A DNA stretch of 63,283 nucleotides from contig BFEA01000029.1 in the NCBI GenBank assembly GCA_003427395.1, positions 1,757,567 to 1,820,849 on the forward strand, read 5' to 3'. Positions 12,688-25,095 of this stretch are shown here, piece after piece. This DNA comes from Chara braunii (Eukaryota > Plantae > Charophyceae). The notes under the pieces were generated by a model. That model was not told the DNA's origin and made no database searches. It was given only the letters and a program-made list of their open reading frames with translations. Each line of letters starts with the position of its first letter. Position 1 is the stretch's first letter. Made by a program: the position numbers and the translations under genes.

Positions 12688-15600
12688 CTAATCATGAAAC
12701 TGAAGGTGGTAGACCCTTTCAAAACTTTCCTTATTCCCTCTCTCCCCTCCCTCCCCCCCTTTCCATTGCACATTCGCTATCAGCCCCCCATGCTCCCCTC
12801 CCAGCCAGTCATTACAGAAGGATTGGATTTGCAATTTGACTTCTGTCCTTGAGTGTAAAAAAGCTATTTTTTCCTTAACCTTATCCCATTGAACCATGAG
12901 GTCAACCTGAATCTGTTGCTTGATTGCTTCTATAACGGCAGGTCCCTCAAAACGAACTCCTTCCATCTCCCTAGTGCATCTTTTCCACCAGATTGCCCAA
13001 AAGATTGCTCTTCGTCCCACAGTGAACATATTTCTTTCAAAATTGCTCGCGTGTTCCGACTGCCATGTTTCACACAGAATTGGTTTCCAGTCCCATGGCC
13101 AAGGGGTTGATGTGCCCAACAGGCGCCACACTCGATCCCACCATCTCCATAACCAAACTGACCCAGGGCACTGCAGAAAGATGTGTTCAATTATCTCAGG
13201 TCTCCGCCTGGCTGGGTATGATGTCACACATCGTTTACACCAGGGGAGAGCTAGGCCCTTCTGTTCCAAGGATGTACGGTCAATCAACCATTCCTTTGTG
13301 GGTAGGCAACAACGCTCCACTTGCCATTATAAGGATGCAAACTTGGCTGGTAGTGATTTACTGAGCCTGAACCATTTGATATGTCTCAGGGCATTCCTTT
13401 CCAGATTTAGGTGCTTGATTCAACGATCCATTACCACATCCTTTAGATTCACCCTTGGACGTAGCAGATGGTAGGCTCCTTTAACTGTCATTGAGAAAAG
13501 TTGTTGTCCTCCTGTTCTACCTCTACCAACTTGAAAGTTGGGTAGTCCAGACCCAAGAGGTCGGATCAAAGGCTAGATGTGCAATCGAGGTGTCGGGTGT
13601 ATACGCACACCACTGTTCTCCTTCCTTGAGCACCCTAATTCGAAAGATTTCCTCTTCTTTAAACCACCTTTCTCATCCGGATTTGTCCTGACCAAACAAT
13701 TTTTGTTCCTAATTTAAAAAAGATTTACCAACACATCGCCATTCGGGCTAGACACCACCACATTTCCCACCGGTCTACACCCCCCCTGATTCCTACCCAG
13801 TCACTTTCATTCAGAGTTCGTGCTTTCCTTAGGATCCTTACCCAGTCTAGTGGTATTGAAAAAATAATTATCTCAAAAACTTCTCTAATGTCATGACAAT
13901 ATCGCAGTCGCTCTCTCAACTGGGTTTCAGTGATTCAATCCCTGGTGTCCAAATCCCTGGTGTCCAAATCCCTGATGTCTCCCACTCTAAGAACGCCGTG
14001 ACTCACCCATCCCCTCCAGGGGGTTTCTGTGCAAAAAAGGGTTGTGCCCTGAGAATCAGTAATCCACCTGCTCCTGAATAACGGCTGCCTAAACACATCT
14101 TCCCACCGTTGTGGGATCATCTTGTCTGGGAGCAGTAGCTTACACCAAGTGTTGAGAAGTGTGGTCCAAAAGGGATCATTTTTTATGTCCCTCCTTCCCG
14201 ATTGTCTATCAGATTCTTGTTCTACATCCGACTCTGTCGTCCTTCTTGGTATACTCCAATACCTGTCTTCTAGCCACCCGGTCAGATCTATACTCTCGGG
14301 GGGGGGAAGCAGCCTTCTAATTTGTTGTAAGGCCAGCTGACGCAAGGGGATGTCTATATAAAAAATGAGGTTGTTTACCCATTTATAGGTCAATGCCATA
14401 ATTTGTGTGCCGGGATCCAAGATCCCCAAGCCCCCTTTGGATTTCGGCTGAATAATTGCGCGTCAAGCGACTCTGCTAATCACGTTGTTACATTCATAGT
14501 CCCCTCTCCAGATAAAGGTCGCTACCTGCTTCTTGAGCTGTACAATACTGACTTGTTGAGTGACCATATGGCTGTCCTATATCATAGCGATGCCAACACC
14601 ACGTTGTTGATGATAAGGGTCTTCCCCATTAATGATGTGCGGTGATTCTTCCATCATGACAATTTCTCCAGGACTGGTTGTGTCAACCACTCATCAGCGA
14701 ACATTTGTATCCCCAATATTCTGATAGGTGAATTGGTTGGAATCAATTTTACTCGTGGAGACTCTGGTGGCCTACACCCTTGGTAGTGAAGCCACCATCC
14801 CTCAGTTTTGCTCCCCCAGTTCACTCTCATATCAGACAAGAAGTAAAAGCGGCCCATCAATACTTCGATTTCTCGCATATTGTCAAGCGTTGCGTCTACC
14901 ATAATGGTGAGGTCATCTGCAAACAGAGAGCAAATTGAGATTGCCTGTTCCGGGATAGAGGTTACCCGTATTCTTTGAATTTTTTTATGTGTTCTCAGAT
15001 TTGCAACCAGTGCCTCCATGATTATAACAAATAAAAAGGGGCAATCGGATCCATTTAGCGTACCGAGCATTCCAAGCAAATAGGGGGAGTCAACCTCTCA
15101 TTTACCTGCACCGTTGTTGTGGCACTACGATGTACAATCTCCACCCACCTCCTAAAGCAAGGCCTAAAGTTTAACTTCTCCACACACTTATCAAGGAAGA
15201 ACCAATCAACGTGATCATAAGTTTTTTCAAAGTCAATAAAGATTATCGCCGCATTGTGCCTAGACTGACGTGACAATTTGATCACCTCGTTTATTACGAA
15301 GACATTATCCTGTATTTTTCTTCCTTTTATAAAACCAGTTTCTATTGGGTGGATAATATCCTCCATTATCGGGATCATGCAGTTTGTCAAAGCCTTCACC
15401 ACCATTTTGTATACCACTGTCAGTAAGGTAATAGGCCGGTAATTTTGAATATTCGTCTTATCACCTTTCTTGTACAAGAGAGATAGCACTCTTTGCCCCA
15501 CCACTTCCCCCATTTGCCCTGACTCCCAAACGGCTGGGTAGTAATTTATCAGGTTTCGCAACAGAGGGTTCCACATAGATTCTCAAAAATGTTTTGGGAG

Positions 15601-17189
15601 CCCATCAATGCCAGGGGTTTTTTCTTCCTCCATTTGTATGAGGGTTGTCCATATTTCAGATTTTTCCAAAGGTATCTCTAGCTTTTGCTTTTGTTCTTCC
15701 AACAGACTATTTTGCAAGAGTACGAGTAAATCGACCGTTTTTTTTTCTCTTCGCTCTTTTGGCTGACTTTTATACTCTGATTTAAATTGAAAAGTTCTTG
15801 AAAAAAACATCAGGCAATGTGCACGCACTGCGGGGTGGTAGTGGCCAGTTGGGCCCGTTCCTGAGTTGGATCGTCCAGAGCCTCAATAATGGTTCTCTCA
15901 GTTCTTGCCCTTGCCATGGCAAAAAAATGGGAGTCCACTGATCCTTCAGTTTGATGCTTTCGTATTTTTCCCCTAATGCGAGCCCCTTGCCACCGGTGTT
16001 CCATGCAGGCTACTACTCGAGTCTCCATCGACTGAATCGCTCTGAAAAATTTCTCTGACTCCTGATTCGCATTTTCTTCCTGTTGTTTTAATTGGTTTAA
16101 CTGATATTGCAATGCCATTTCATCAAAATGCCGCTTGGCCGCTAGAACTCTTGAGAATTCGCCACATTTTCTGGCAAAAAAAAACAGCCCATTGTTAAAC
16201 CATAGAACGTCATCGCAGAGAGTCTGCCGATGTGTTTGCCTGTGTGCTCAGGTTTCTTTGATATGTGTCTGGAACATTGGAAGAAACCATAACGATGTAT
16301 TTAGTTTATAATAGCCAGACCCTTGATCCGACCATTTGCGAAATGAAAAGATAGTGACACACATCGCGTGGTCCAGCCCGGGATACGGGCTCTGTGGGAA
16401 GATTTCAGCAATTTGCAAAGCCCCTTCTAAATCTTTCGAAGCAAGGATCAAGTCGATGCGCGATCTAGAAATCCTTTGTGACCCATTTTTTCTAAAGCAG
16501 GAGAAGGTGTGTTTTGTGGGGTGCGATATGCGATAAGTGTCATATACTTCTAACGACACACATAGGTGTGATATGGTGTCTTCATCCATTTCGATATATA
16601 CTGGGCATGGGGACATAATTTTCCACCTGTCCAGCCACCGATCCGGGGCTGCATTAAGATTTCCTGCCAATATGATTGGGATACCCTGCGAGACACGCTC
16701 CTTAATGAACTAAAAAAAACCGACTCTGGCTCCTGCCTCATTTGGGGCATAGATACAGAAAATAGCCACCACCTCTAGTTCTAACATCGCCAGAACATAC
16801 ACCCATCTTCCTTTCTCCTCATGGACGGCTCAATTGAGCGGGTCAATGCGTGAGTCCGGGGGTAGCCAAATGACCACCCCAACACTCCCTGGCCGCGGAG
16901 CGTGAGCTCGAAAGACCCGGTAGAACCATACTTCTTTATGCACTCGATGATGTTCCGCGGAGTCCATCAGGTGGGTTTCTTGGACACAGATTGCGTCCGG
17001 CCAGTCACTACCCTCCACCCCCCTATTCTGGTCCCAGATGGTTTGTTTCTTTGATGGAAAGGCTGATGCAAGGCCATTTACATTCAAAGATCGCATGTGA
17101 AGATCAACCTCCCTCTTCCCTTTTTCCCAATTTTTATCCCTACCATACAAGGCCCTGATAAAATCCAATTTTCTTCTCTTGTTAACCAA
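12688..17189 (-). pseudogene. LINE-C ORF2 (endonuclease, RT, zf-RVT), multiply frameshifted
   Basis: SLNVNGL, CVQETH, SRIDLIL, LDH, TPGIDG, NYRPITLL, DFEKTYD, LFADD and CKRC..EHIFLQC motifs across consecutive ORFs. Confidence 0.9.
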
Positions 17190-17206
17190 TTAAGACCGTA
17201 AGGACC

Positions 17207-19210
17207 TTAAAGACGTACCCAATTTATAGTGTTCCATTCCTCTGACCCCGAGAGGGGTCCCTCTCTAAGGAGTCTGATGAAGATATCCCGCACTTCCTCT
17301 CGTAACCAAGTATTGCTTGGTCTGATTTTAAGAAGCTGCAGATCAAGCAGCGAGTTCCCGGATACCCATTTCAGCCCCACCTCCTTGTTAGGGTCACAGA
17401 GGATGTACACAGTTCTTTCTGCAATATTTTGTTGTCCGTATGATGCGATTCTCGTGGCCACCGCACCCACCTGAAGGTTCTTTTGCACATAGGTTTGCAA
17501 GTCTTATTTGAACACTCCTTCGCCTGTTGGGTACCAGACGGGGAGCACCGAGGACCATCCCTGTAAGGTGATTTCCCCGTGCCTGGCATGACGGGGCTCA
17601 TTCAGACCTACCTCCCATTTCCCTTCCTTCTTCCAGATGGGTACGACCAGGATCTTCCCCCGAGGGGGGGAAGGTGGGGCAAAACCATTCTCTAACAGGT
17701 GGCGCATTTTTTGTCTTTTGCTAACCAGCTCCCCTTCCGGGGGGTCCGGGGGGTCCGGCGCTGTGTCCAAGAGGGGGGGGGAAGATTGTAGAACAGGGTC
17801 CCCTTGTTGCTTGTTCGCCTTGGACACATCTCTCTCTTCAGCCTTATTTTCAACACTAGTCACTTCAGACCCCTGACCCCCCTTGCCCCCCTTTTGAACT
17901 TACTGTCATGCCCACTGATGGTTGTGTTCCCCCTGACTGCTGTTGGACAGTTTCCTGTGTGGATACCAGGTCGTTGACCTCCCATTGTTTTGTCCTGGGT
18001 TCCTCTGATGTCTGGGGGCGAAAGCGGGCCAGTACTATTGTCAGCAGACAGTGACAAATGTTGGACCAATTGGCACTTTCAGGTAGGCTGTGTTCGAGGA
18101 CCTTTTTAAGTGTGGCACTACTCTCCAATAATGGGACCAGCTCCCTGTATGTACAGTCCCAGAAGTCATCCCCATGTCTCGGATACCTGGCCTGCAGATT
18201 TTGATAGAGCCAATGGGCCACTTTCGTCAATTTGTCCTCCACTGGGATTTGGGTATCTTTCTTTTTTTCGTCGTCCTTGTCCGCTTTCTTCATCTCTATG
18301 TCGGGGGGGGGGGGGACCCTCCTCCACCTCCATCGGGGCTAGCCCAAAGGTCTCCTCAAAAATATCCGTTTGATCCCTTCCTTCCCCTCCTTCCTAAGGA
18401 TGTGGGGGCTCTTGACTACCAACCTCCTTTCCTTCTTCTCCCCTTCCCCTGTCCTCGAGACCACCTTCCATCCCATCTTCCTTCTTCCCAGGCTGCTCCT
18501 CAATCTGCTTCCGGGTGCCCTGAACCTCTGGGCTCTGCCCCCCTGCCCCTGTTAGTGTCTTATCAGCAACTTGTGATTTCTGTTTCGGGTGGGGGAGTGG
18601 GAGGTCCCCTGGCTTCCCTCCCGGAGAGGGGGCCAGGGGGAAGGTTGGTTTGCCCTTGGTGATTTTGGCAGGGTCCAACTGTTCGGGGGCGTTTCTCCAA
18701 ACTTGGTTCTCCCTGCCCTTACCAGATTCATCCCCTTGCTCTCCCTTCCCCATCCTTTTCTTCTGGGTAAGCCTACCCCTCGTGGCCTGCATCGACAGTT
18801 CGCCATTTGGACATTGAGAATGGGTCACGCTGGAGTCGACCAGTGGACCTGTTTTGCCTCAAAGGGTGGTGAGGATACGCCGTATCGGTGCATAGATGAC
18901 CATATGCACGACCCTTAAAGCACCATGGCCTTAGCTTGTGGGCCGTGTGTATTTGATACACCTTCCCCCCCACTCGAAAAAGGATAATGTCGTCAAGGGA
19001 GAAGGGCTGATCTGGAGGGAGGTCAAGGACCAGCATGACATAATCATCCCTCTTGGCTACGTAAGCCGGAAGGGGGTCTATGAAATCGACTATGTTGTAT
19101 CGCTGGCCAAGGTCGTGTATAAATGTAGCTTGTATCTCTACTGGGATATGCCTTAATTCTACCAAGGCAGAAATGAGGACCACTTCCCAAAAACAGACAA
19201 AGCCAACCAA
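17207..19210 (-). pseudogene. LINE-C ORF1 remnants plus extra domain
   Basis: PWCFKGRAYGHLC knuckle-like motif in 18773-19210, a low-complexity linker, and a globular-looking domain at 17207-17660 just before the endonuclease. Confidence 0.6.
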
Positions 19211-19272
19211 ATCCCCTAATTATGAGAAAACCCTAATTTTAATCCCCTAATTACGATAAAACCCTAATTAGG
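19209..19272. repeat. Four CCCTAATT units (telomere or telo-box-like) at the LINE-C 5' junction
   Basis: ATCCCCTAATT, AAAACCCTAATT, ATCCCCTAATT, AAAACCCTAATT. Confidence 0.7.
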
Positions 19273-21849
19273 GGTCCAGCGTCCCATTGAAACATCTTGT
19301 AATGGCGGGCTGAGACGGGCCAGGACCGGACGCCGCTTGAGGTCGAGTAACGCGCAACTCGCCGCAGCAGTCACGGCGTGGGGAAAAGGATCGTCAACTT
19401 CCATGTTGCTTTATGACGCCGTGCCACTTAACCGCTATAGCATAGCTATGGTGGTAGGGCTATGAAGGCCTCCTCTCACATAGAGGGGAAATGACTTCTC
19501 TTGAAGTCGCGCATGTCCCCTGACAGTGGCTCGCTATCCTAGCCTACCCACCACTCGAGAAGCAGTGAATACCAGCGACATGAGAAAACCTTGGAGACTC
19601 AACGCTCCCAGATAGGAGTTCAGCAACACGAGCAACGTTTTGGCCCCTAAGGTACAACTCTAGTGACACTTTATGAATTAAACTGATGCTCAAAGGAATA
19701 TGATATTGGCTTACTCCATGATATTGAGGCCTTTGATTATATATATTCTCTCTCTTTTACTTAGTTTGTCTTTCTTAGAGATTTTGTAGAAGTTGGTTGG
19801 GACTGAGCTGATGGAACACCCTATACATGAGGAAATGGTGGTGGAAGGGAAGGAGATTGAGGTACCGGGTCGGGTATATACAGATGAAGAAAAATAACAA
19901 ATCAATAGACTTCTTGTTGAATGCTCTACTGATGGAATTATCCCATTCGGGTTGAATATCGAAGTTCCTACACTCACAGACAACCTGACTCGCTTTGACT
20001 TGGGCGAGGAATTCTAGGAATACAACGTTCAGTTCCTTAACGATGCCGCAGTTATCTCCAATAAGGTCAAAAAGCAGTTGGCGAGAATCTATGAAAACGC
20101 TTGGTATGATTCCGATCTGATTGACGGAGGTGTTAAACGTGGTCGATACCAAAGCGAAGGAGAAAACTTGTGCTCCTTCGTTTCATCTCAAACAAACGTC
20201 ATCGCACGGATGATTCACAAAGGGACTGATCTAATTTATGCAGAAGGGAACAAATATAAAGTACAGTTTATGCCATGGATGACGCTTGCTGAGATGAAAA
20301 TCTTCAAGGACTCCGCACAAAAAATATTTTGGATCAGATGCCCACGTATACCTCTCTAGCCAATGTCCATGTTATTAACCGTTGTGGAAAAAACATTTGG
20401 GACAGTTATTCCACAACACCCCATGAAATCTGATGATGAAGAACCTGAGTTGGGTACACTGAGGTTTGACTTGGAGCTTCGAGCGAGTGTCAGGGTAAAT
20501 CCACATATCTGGTAGGAATCTCGAACCAAGGGGATTATTACTTTTAAGTTATTCTGCGAGCACCCCTCGGTGTGGCCTCTGTCGTGCCTTTTACCAATAC
20601 GAAACACATGAGTGTTGCCTGGTACAGGTTAAGGCAAAGCATGACCCATTCGATGAGGAATTGGGAAAAAATCCCCCCCATGAACCACCCTTCTAAGGAT
20701 TCGTTCCGTTAGGAGAATGTCCTCTATTGACTGGATTTTGTAGGTTCTTCCCGCTGTCGAGCGCTTCGGCCCGGCACCTCACGCGGTGGCGCGGGACCCT
20801 CTCGGCCGCGTCACGCAGGAATTGGATCAACCTCGACATAACACGCGAATGGAGCTCCCTTAGGCCGCTCCGGCCGAGTGCGCCAGCCATACTTCTCGCG
20901 AGCCCCTACGACAGGGTAGGGCCTACGCGAGGCACGACTTACCTCCACCTTACGGGAGTTGTCACCTCCCATCGGTGGGTGTATCCTCGCCGAGCTACCA
21001 GTCCACAATACGAAAGTTAATCAGTTGCAATCGCAGAGGTGGACCAGCCGAGGGCGTTTCTCGTTCGCTGTAGCATAGGGGGTACGCGCGGTAATACGCC
21101 TATCGGACCCGCACGTGAACCGACATCTTGGGGGGCTAAAGTCCCAGGCGCGGCCCGTCGTCGGTCGACTAGGACGTATCCCACGCACCACGCTGCGAAC
21201 ACAAAAGCAAAACACACGCGCACACGCACACGCACATACAACGCGCCACAATACAAGTAACGCGGGCACTACGCGAACAACGCGACAACGCTCCTAGCCC
21301 CTCAGTAGTCGTCCCATAACTACCCAATACAGGAATCGAGTGGGCGTCGTGCGCGAGACTTAGTATAAAATCGCGCGGACGCAGGGCTTACTCATATCGA
21401 CTCGCAATGCAAGCGTACGCAAGCAGTCGCAATGATGGCGTACCAGGTAGTACCCATACTCGCACGGTCCTCGTTAATCTCGAGGGTCGCGTTCGACACT
21501 CAAGTGTCGGCTGACACGCACCTAGAGGATTGATCTCTCGACGCTGAACAATCGTCATGTGCGGTTGGAGACCACACACCCTCTTCTGCACCCTTATGCA
21601 AAGCGGGTGGTACACAGGCCCATGCATGTGGTGGTAGTCGTCTCTCGCGGCCCTAGGGGTGAGTCCTCCCCGGGGCCTGGGCGAAAGTCAAGGGGTTTGA
21701 CTTTGACGGCTGCCACGAACTACAACGTCCAACCATAAAAATCTCTAAGAAGCAACGAGACTCGCACGAACCCAAGGAGAGGGGATAGGGCAAGGGTCTC
21801 CTGGCCTTCTGAAACAAAACTTATGGCCTTGGGACGCACTCCCCTCCTA

Positions 21850-21887
21850 CTGTCTCTTATACACATCTAGATGTGTATAAGAGACAG
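21850..21887. other. Nextera mate-pair junction adapter, assembly artefact
   Basis: Exact 38-bp junction sequence; the flanks at about 21764-21849 and 21889-21974 are duplicated. Confidence 0.97.
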
Positions 21888-23209
21888 GGCACGAACCCAA
21901 GGAGAGGGGATAGGGCAAGGGTCTCCTGGCCTTCTGAAACAAAACTTATGGCCTTGGGACGCACTCCCCTCCTATGGGCGGTGCCGGCGGCCCACGATAA
22001 TCCCAAGCGTTGCGCCTGCGCGCAAGCCCGGCAGCCCCATAACTTTGGACGCCGGGGGCAGCGAGGCGTCGCGTGCAGGGCTTTGATATAAAATTGCGCA
22101 GCCGCAGGCCAACCTTATGTCAACCACTGCTGCCGATCATATATGGTAACTGCGGCTCCGACCTCGTGATATTGAATGGCTGAAGGAACTCTTCGCGGGG
22201 GGGGGGTACTCCTCACGATACTGAACGGCTGAAGGATTCGCCGTTCGGTCCTTGCGATATTTCCGCCTTTCAGGTGGAGTGTCCCGCCGGCCAAAGTAAA
22301 TAGGCTTTATGCAAGGGGGAGGCCCTCCCCTTCAGGGCCTAGGGCTTGGGATGTCCTGGACAAGGACCTCGAATCCCAGCCCAGGACTTACGTCCGACTA
22401 GAAAGTCCCAAGACGCAAGTAAGCAGAAGGGAGGGTCTTCCCTATCTATCAATCTCAACTTCCACGCGGTTATTAACACGGCCCTTTTGGGGGCCCTCGA
22501 ATACCCACCGTACGTATACCCACACGTACATGCAAAAAGGGACAAAGTTGTGACGATCACTCCTCACAGGCCCAGTGGGACGCCTCACGACCATGTATAC
22601 GTATATGGAATCGCAGACAGTCCAAATCCAAAATCCAAGCCACAGGACATACCTGCAACCACACCAAGGATCAATCAATGAAACAAGCACTACACGGAGT
22701 CAACCCCAACCATTCTCTATGCTCATACCCCTTCGCTTTAGCCATGCAGGCCCCAATTGCCGATCCAACCAACCTCAATTAAATACTCTGTACCTTTGTC
22801 AAATGACCATTCAATAAAAGTCCCGGTGAAACTCTTACTAAACAGTAAAACCACTAGGGCTAAAGCCTTTTAGGTTGAGTATGGAGAGTGAGTTGGAATT
22901 GAGTCGAAGACCGACGAATCGGCAACCGACCTGTTATCCATGATAACAGAAGACGATCCTCGTAGGATCAAGCCGGAACTAGTCCAAATCCGAAATCAAT
23001 TCGATCAAGATGGTCTGTAACACAAGACAGGTCAACCCCAGGCTAAACCTATAAGTCCATGGAGAGTGATCCCAATATCACGATCCCACTCAAATCACCT
23101 TAATTAACTAAGCCTGAATCTACCTATAAGATGCGCCCAAAGCAAGGGTAGACCCCGACATAATCTCCCCTTTCCAGGGTGGATTGTCAAAATCGCCACC
23201 TGTCAAAAT

Positions 23210-23900
23210 ATAATCTAACTCCTCTAAATCAAGAAAATTTCGGCAACGTTTCCCGTAGGAAAAGTGTCTTTCCAAAGTTTATATCAGCTCAAACATGGAA
23301 AACAGAAATAGTCTTCGACTGTCCAAAGTCCAATTTCGTCTAACTTCCCGAATTAGCAAAAAATTGGGCAGCATTCCCTTTAGAAGGGGAGACTTCTCAG
23401 ATTTATACTATGTCCGATGTGAACTCAAAAGACAACTTGAGTTCAACTTAGACAAGATCTAGCCAACTTCTTAGTTTTGCAGAAATTTTGGCAGCACTCG
23501 CTTTAGAAAACTGCTATTCCAAAATTTATACGAGGCTAAGCTCAAAATCTGGAAATAACTTTGACTTCTCAAAGTCCAATTTTGTCTAACTCCTTGAATT
23601 AGCAAACATTTGGGCAGCATTCCCTTTAGAAAATGAGACTTTCCAAATTTTCACTAAGCCAGATATAAAGAATAGACAAATTGAACTTTGACAAGTCACA
23701 AGTTAACTAACTCCTTGGATTTGTAGAAATTTCGGCAGCGCTTCCCGTAGAGAAAGTGGCTTGCCAAGATTTATACAAAGCCAGGTATAACAAAAGATCC
23801 CAGAAAATGCGAGAATTGATCTTGCCAAGATTTATACAAAGCCAGGTATAACAAAAGATCCCAGAAAATGCGATAATTGATCTAAGTAAAAAAAGACAGC
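23210..23900. repeat. Diverged tandem repeat (~123 bp, 5 copies) followed by a ~61-bp duplication
   Basis: AACT(C/T)C...GAAA(A)TTT(C/G)GGCA(A/G)C...TAGAA recurs near 23218, 23342, 23465, 23588 and 23709. 23761-23820 is repeated at 23822-23881. Confidence 0.75.
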
Positions 23901-24129
23901 TCAGAAAATGCAGGAATTGACCTAGCTGCTATCGCTCTAGCACGTGGCGAGCCTCTAAAACAACTACCTGTCAACCTGAAACTCAGACCAAGTAGTAACC
24001 TCACTTAGCCACATGCAGGCCAAACCACAAAGGTAAGTACTCTCACCAACCCCAAGCCCCTTTAACAAACAATATTTCATGCTTCCTCTGTGAATTATCC
24101 CGTCATACCCAAGCTTACATAAGGCATAA

Positions 24130-24307
24130 GCCAGGGCGCCTGAACTTACAGAGCGCACCCAACTCAGCCAGACCCACGGTTAAAATACCTAAACTTATAG
24201 AGCGTTCTGACTTGGCCGAGTATACACAAACAGAGGGCACAACCACTTTTCTCTTCTTTGGGCGTCTGACCAGACCACTCTAGTCGCCCTGAACTGTTTA
24301 AATAGCC

Positions 24308-24357
<50 letters not shown>

Positions 24358-25095
24358 CTTAGTCTTCAAAGGGACATAAGGCTGAGCCGCTCAACTTAGA
24401 ACATTGCTTAGCCTTCCCACAGTTACCCTCAATTATATCTCTTAATTATACTCTCTTATGTTGTGATAAGCTATAATCAGGCTACCTAAACTTATAGAGC
24501 GGTCTGACTAGCCTGTTCTTAATAACATAGCAATATAGTATAGCCAAGTTATACCCATAAGGTTCAACATGTGCGAGGCGTTGGGTCAGACCACCTAAAC
24601 TTATAGAGCGGTCTGATCCTCTGCCAGGTTCGTTTCTTTCTGATCCAATCCTTGCGAGGCAGTGGGGCAGGCTACCTAAACTTGTAGAGCGGTCCGTCCC
24701 TTGCCAAGATTATTCCCTCAAAACAAAACAGAAGAAGGGCTGAGCTACCTAAACTTATAGAGCGGCTCAGACCTCCTTGTTCAGAACCAAAGAAACTGAG
24801 AGAATCCAAAGTAAATGAGGCAACCCAAGGCACCTAAACTTCTACAGCGCCTTGGGTCCCTGAAAACCACTCACAGTCAAATCCCCACAAGTCAGAGTAG
24901 TCAGGATACCTAAACTTATAGAGCGTCCTGACCCTCCATGCAGTTCACAACACCAGGTCTCCCCAAACTTATGGGGACATCCCGACCTCCAGAGCTTCAG
25001 GCTACCTAAACTTATAGAGCGGCCTGAGGCTCCATGCAAACCAAAAATAAACAGAGCGTCGGGCTTCCCCAAACTTAAGGGGACCTCCCAGCCTT
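24130..25095 (+). repeat. Array of about 12 hairpins with conserved core ACCTA-AACTTA-TAGAGC and variable covarying stems
   Basis: Examples: GGGTCAGACC-core-GGTCTGATCC, CTGAGCT-core-GGCTCAG, CCCAAGGC-core-GCCTTGGG, GTCAGGAT-core-GTCCTGAC, TTCAGGCT-core-GGCCTGAG. Confidence 0.85.
24312..24354. repeat. (TA)n microsatellite
   Basis: Direct reading of the sequence. Confidence 0.95.

Larger units (their letters stand above)
3771..19272 (-). mobile_element. LINE-C: degenerate L1/Tx1-type LINE (own sequence 12551-19272 plus 3771-4035), interrupted by LINE-B and LINE-B2
   Basis: 15-bp direct repeat GGTCCAGCGTCCCAT at 3756-3770 and 19273-19287. Minus-strand remnants of ORF1, APE endonuclease, RT and zf-RVT lie between 12688 and 19210. 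Confidence 0.75.

Noticed and set aside
20586-20594. GCCTTTTAC matching U5 snRNA loop 1 (also near 28980)
   Set aside because: It lies in the LINE ORF1 zinc-knuckle coding sequence and there is no surrounding U5 structure.
20937-20944. ACTTACCT resembling the U1 snRNA 5' end
   Set aside because: No further U1 similarity downstream; equally explained as a minus-strand splice-donor-like word or chance.
24130-25095. CRISPR array
   Set aside because: Eukaryotic context, no cas genes, irregular spacing, and flanks that covary as stems instead of forming identical repeats.
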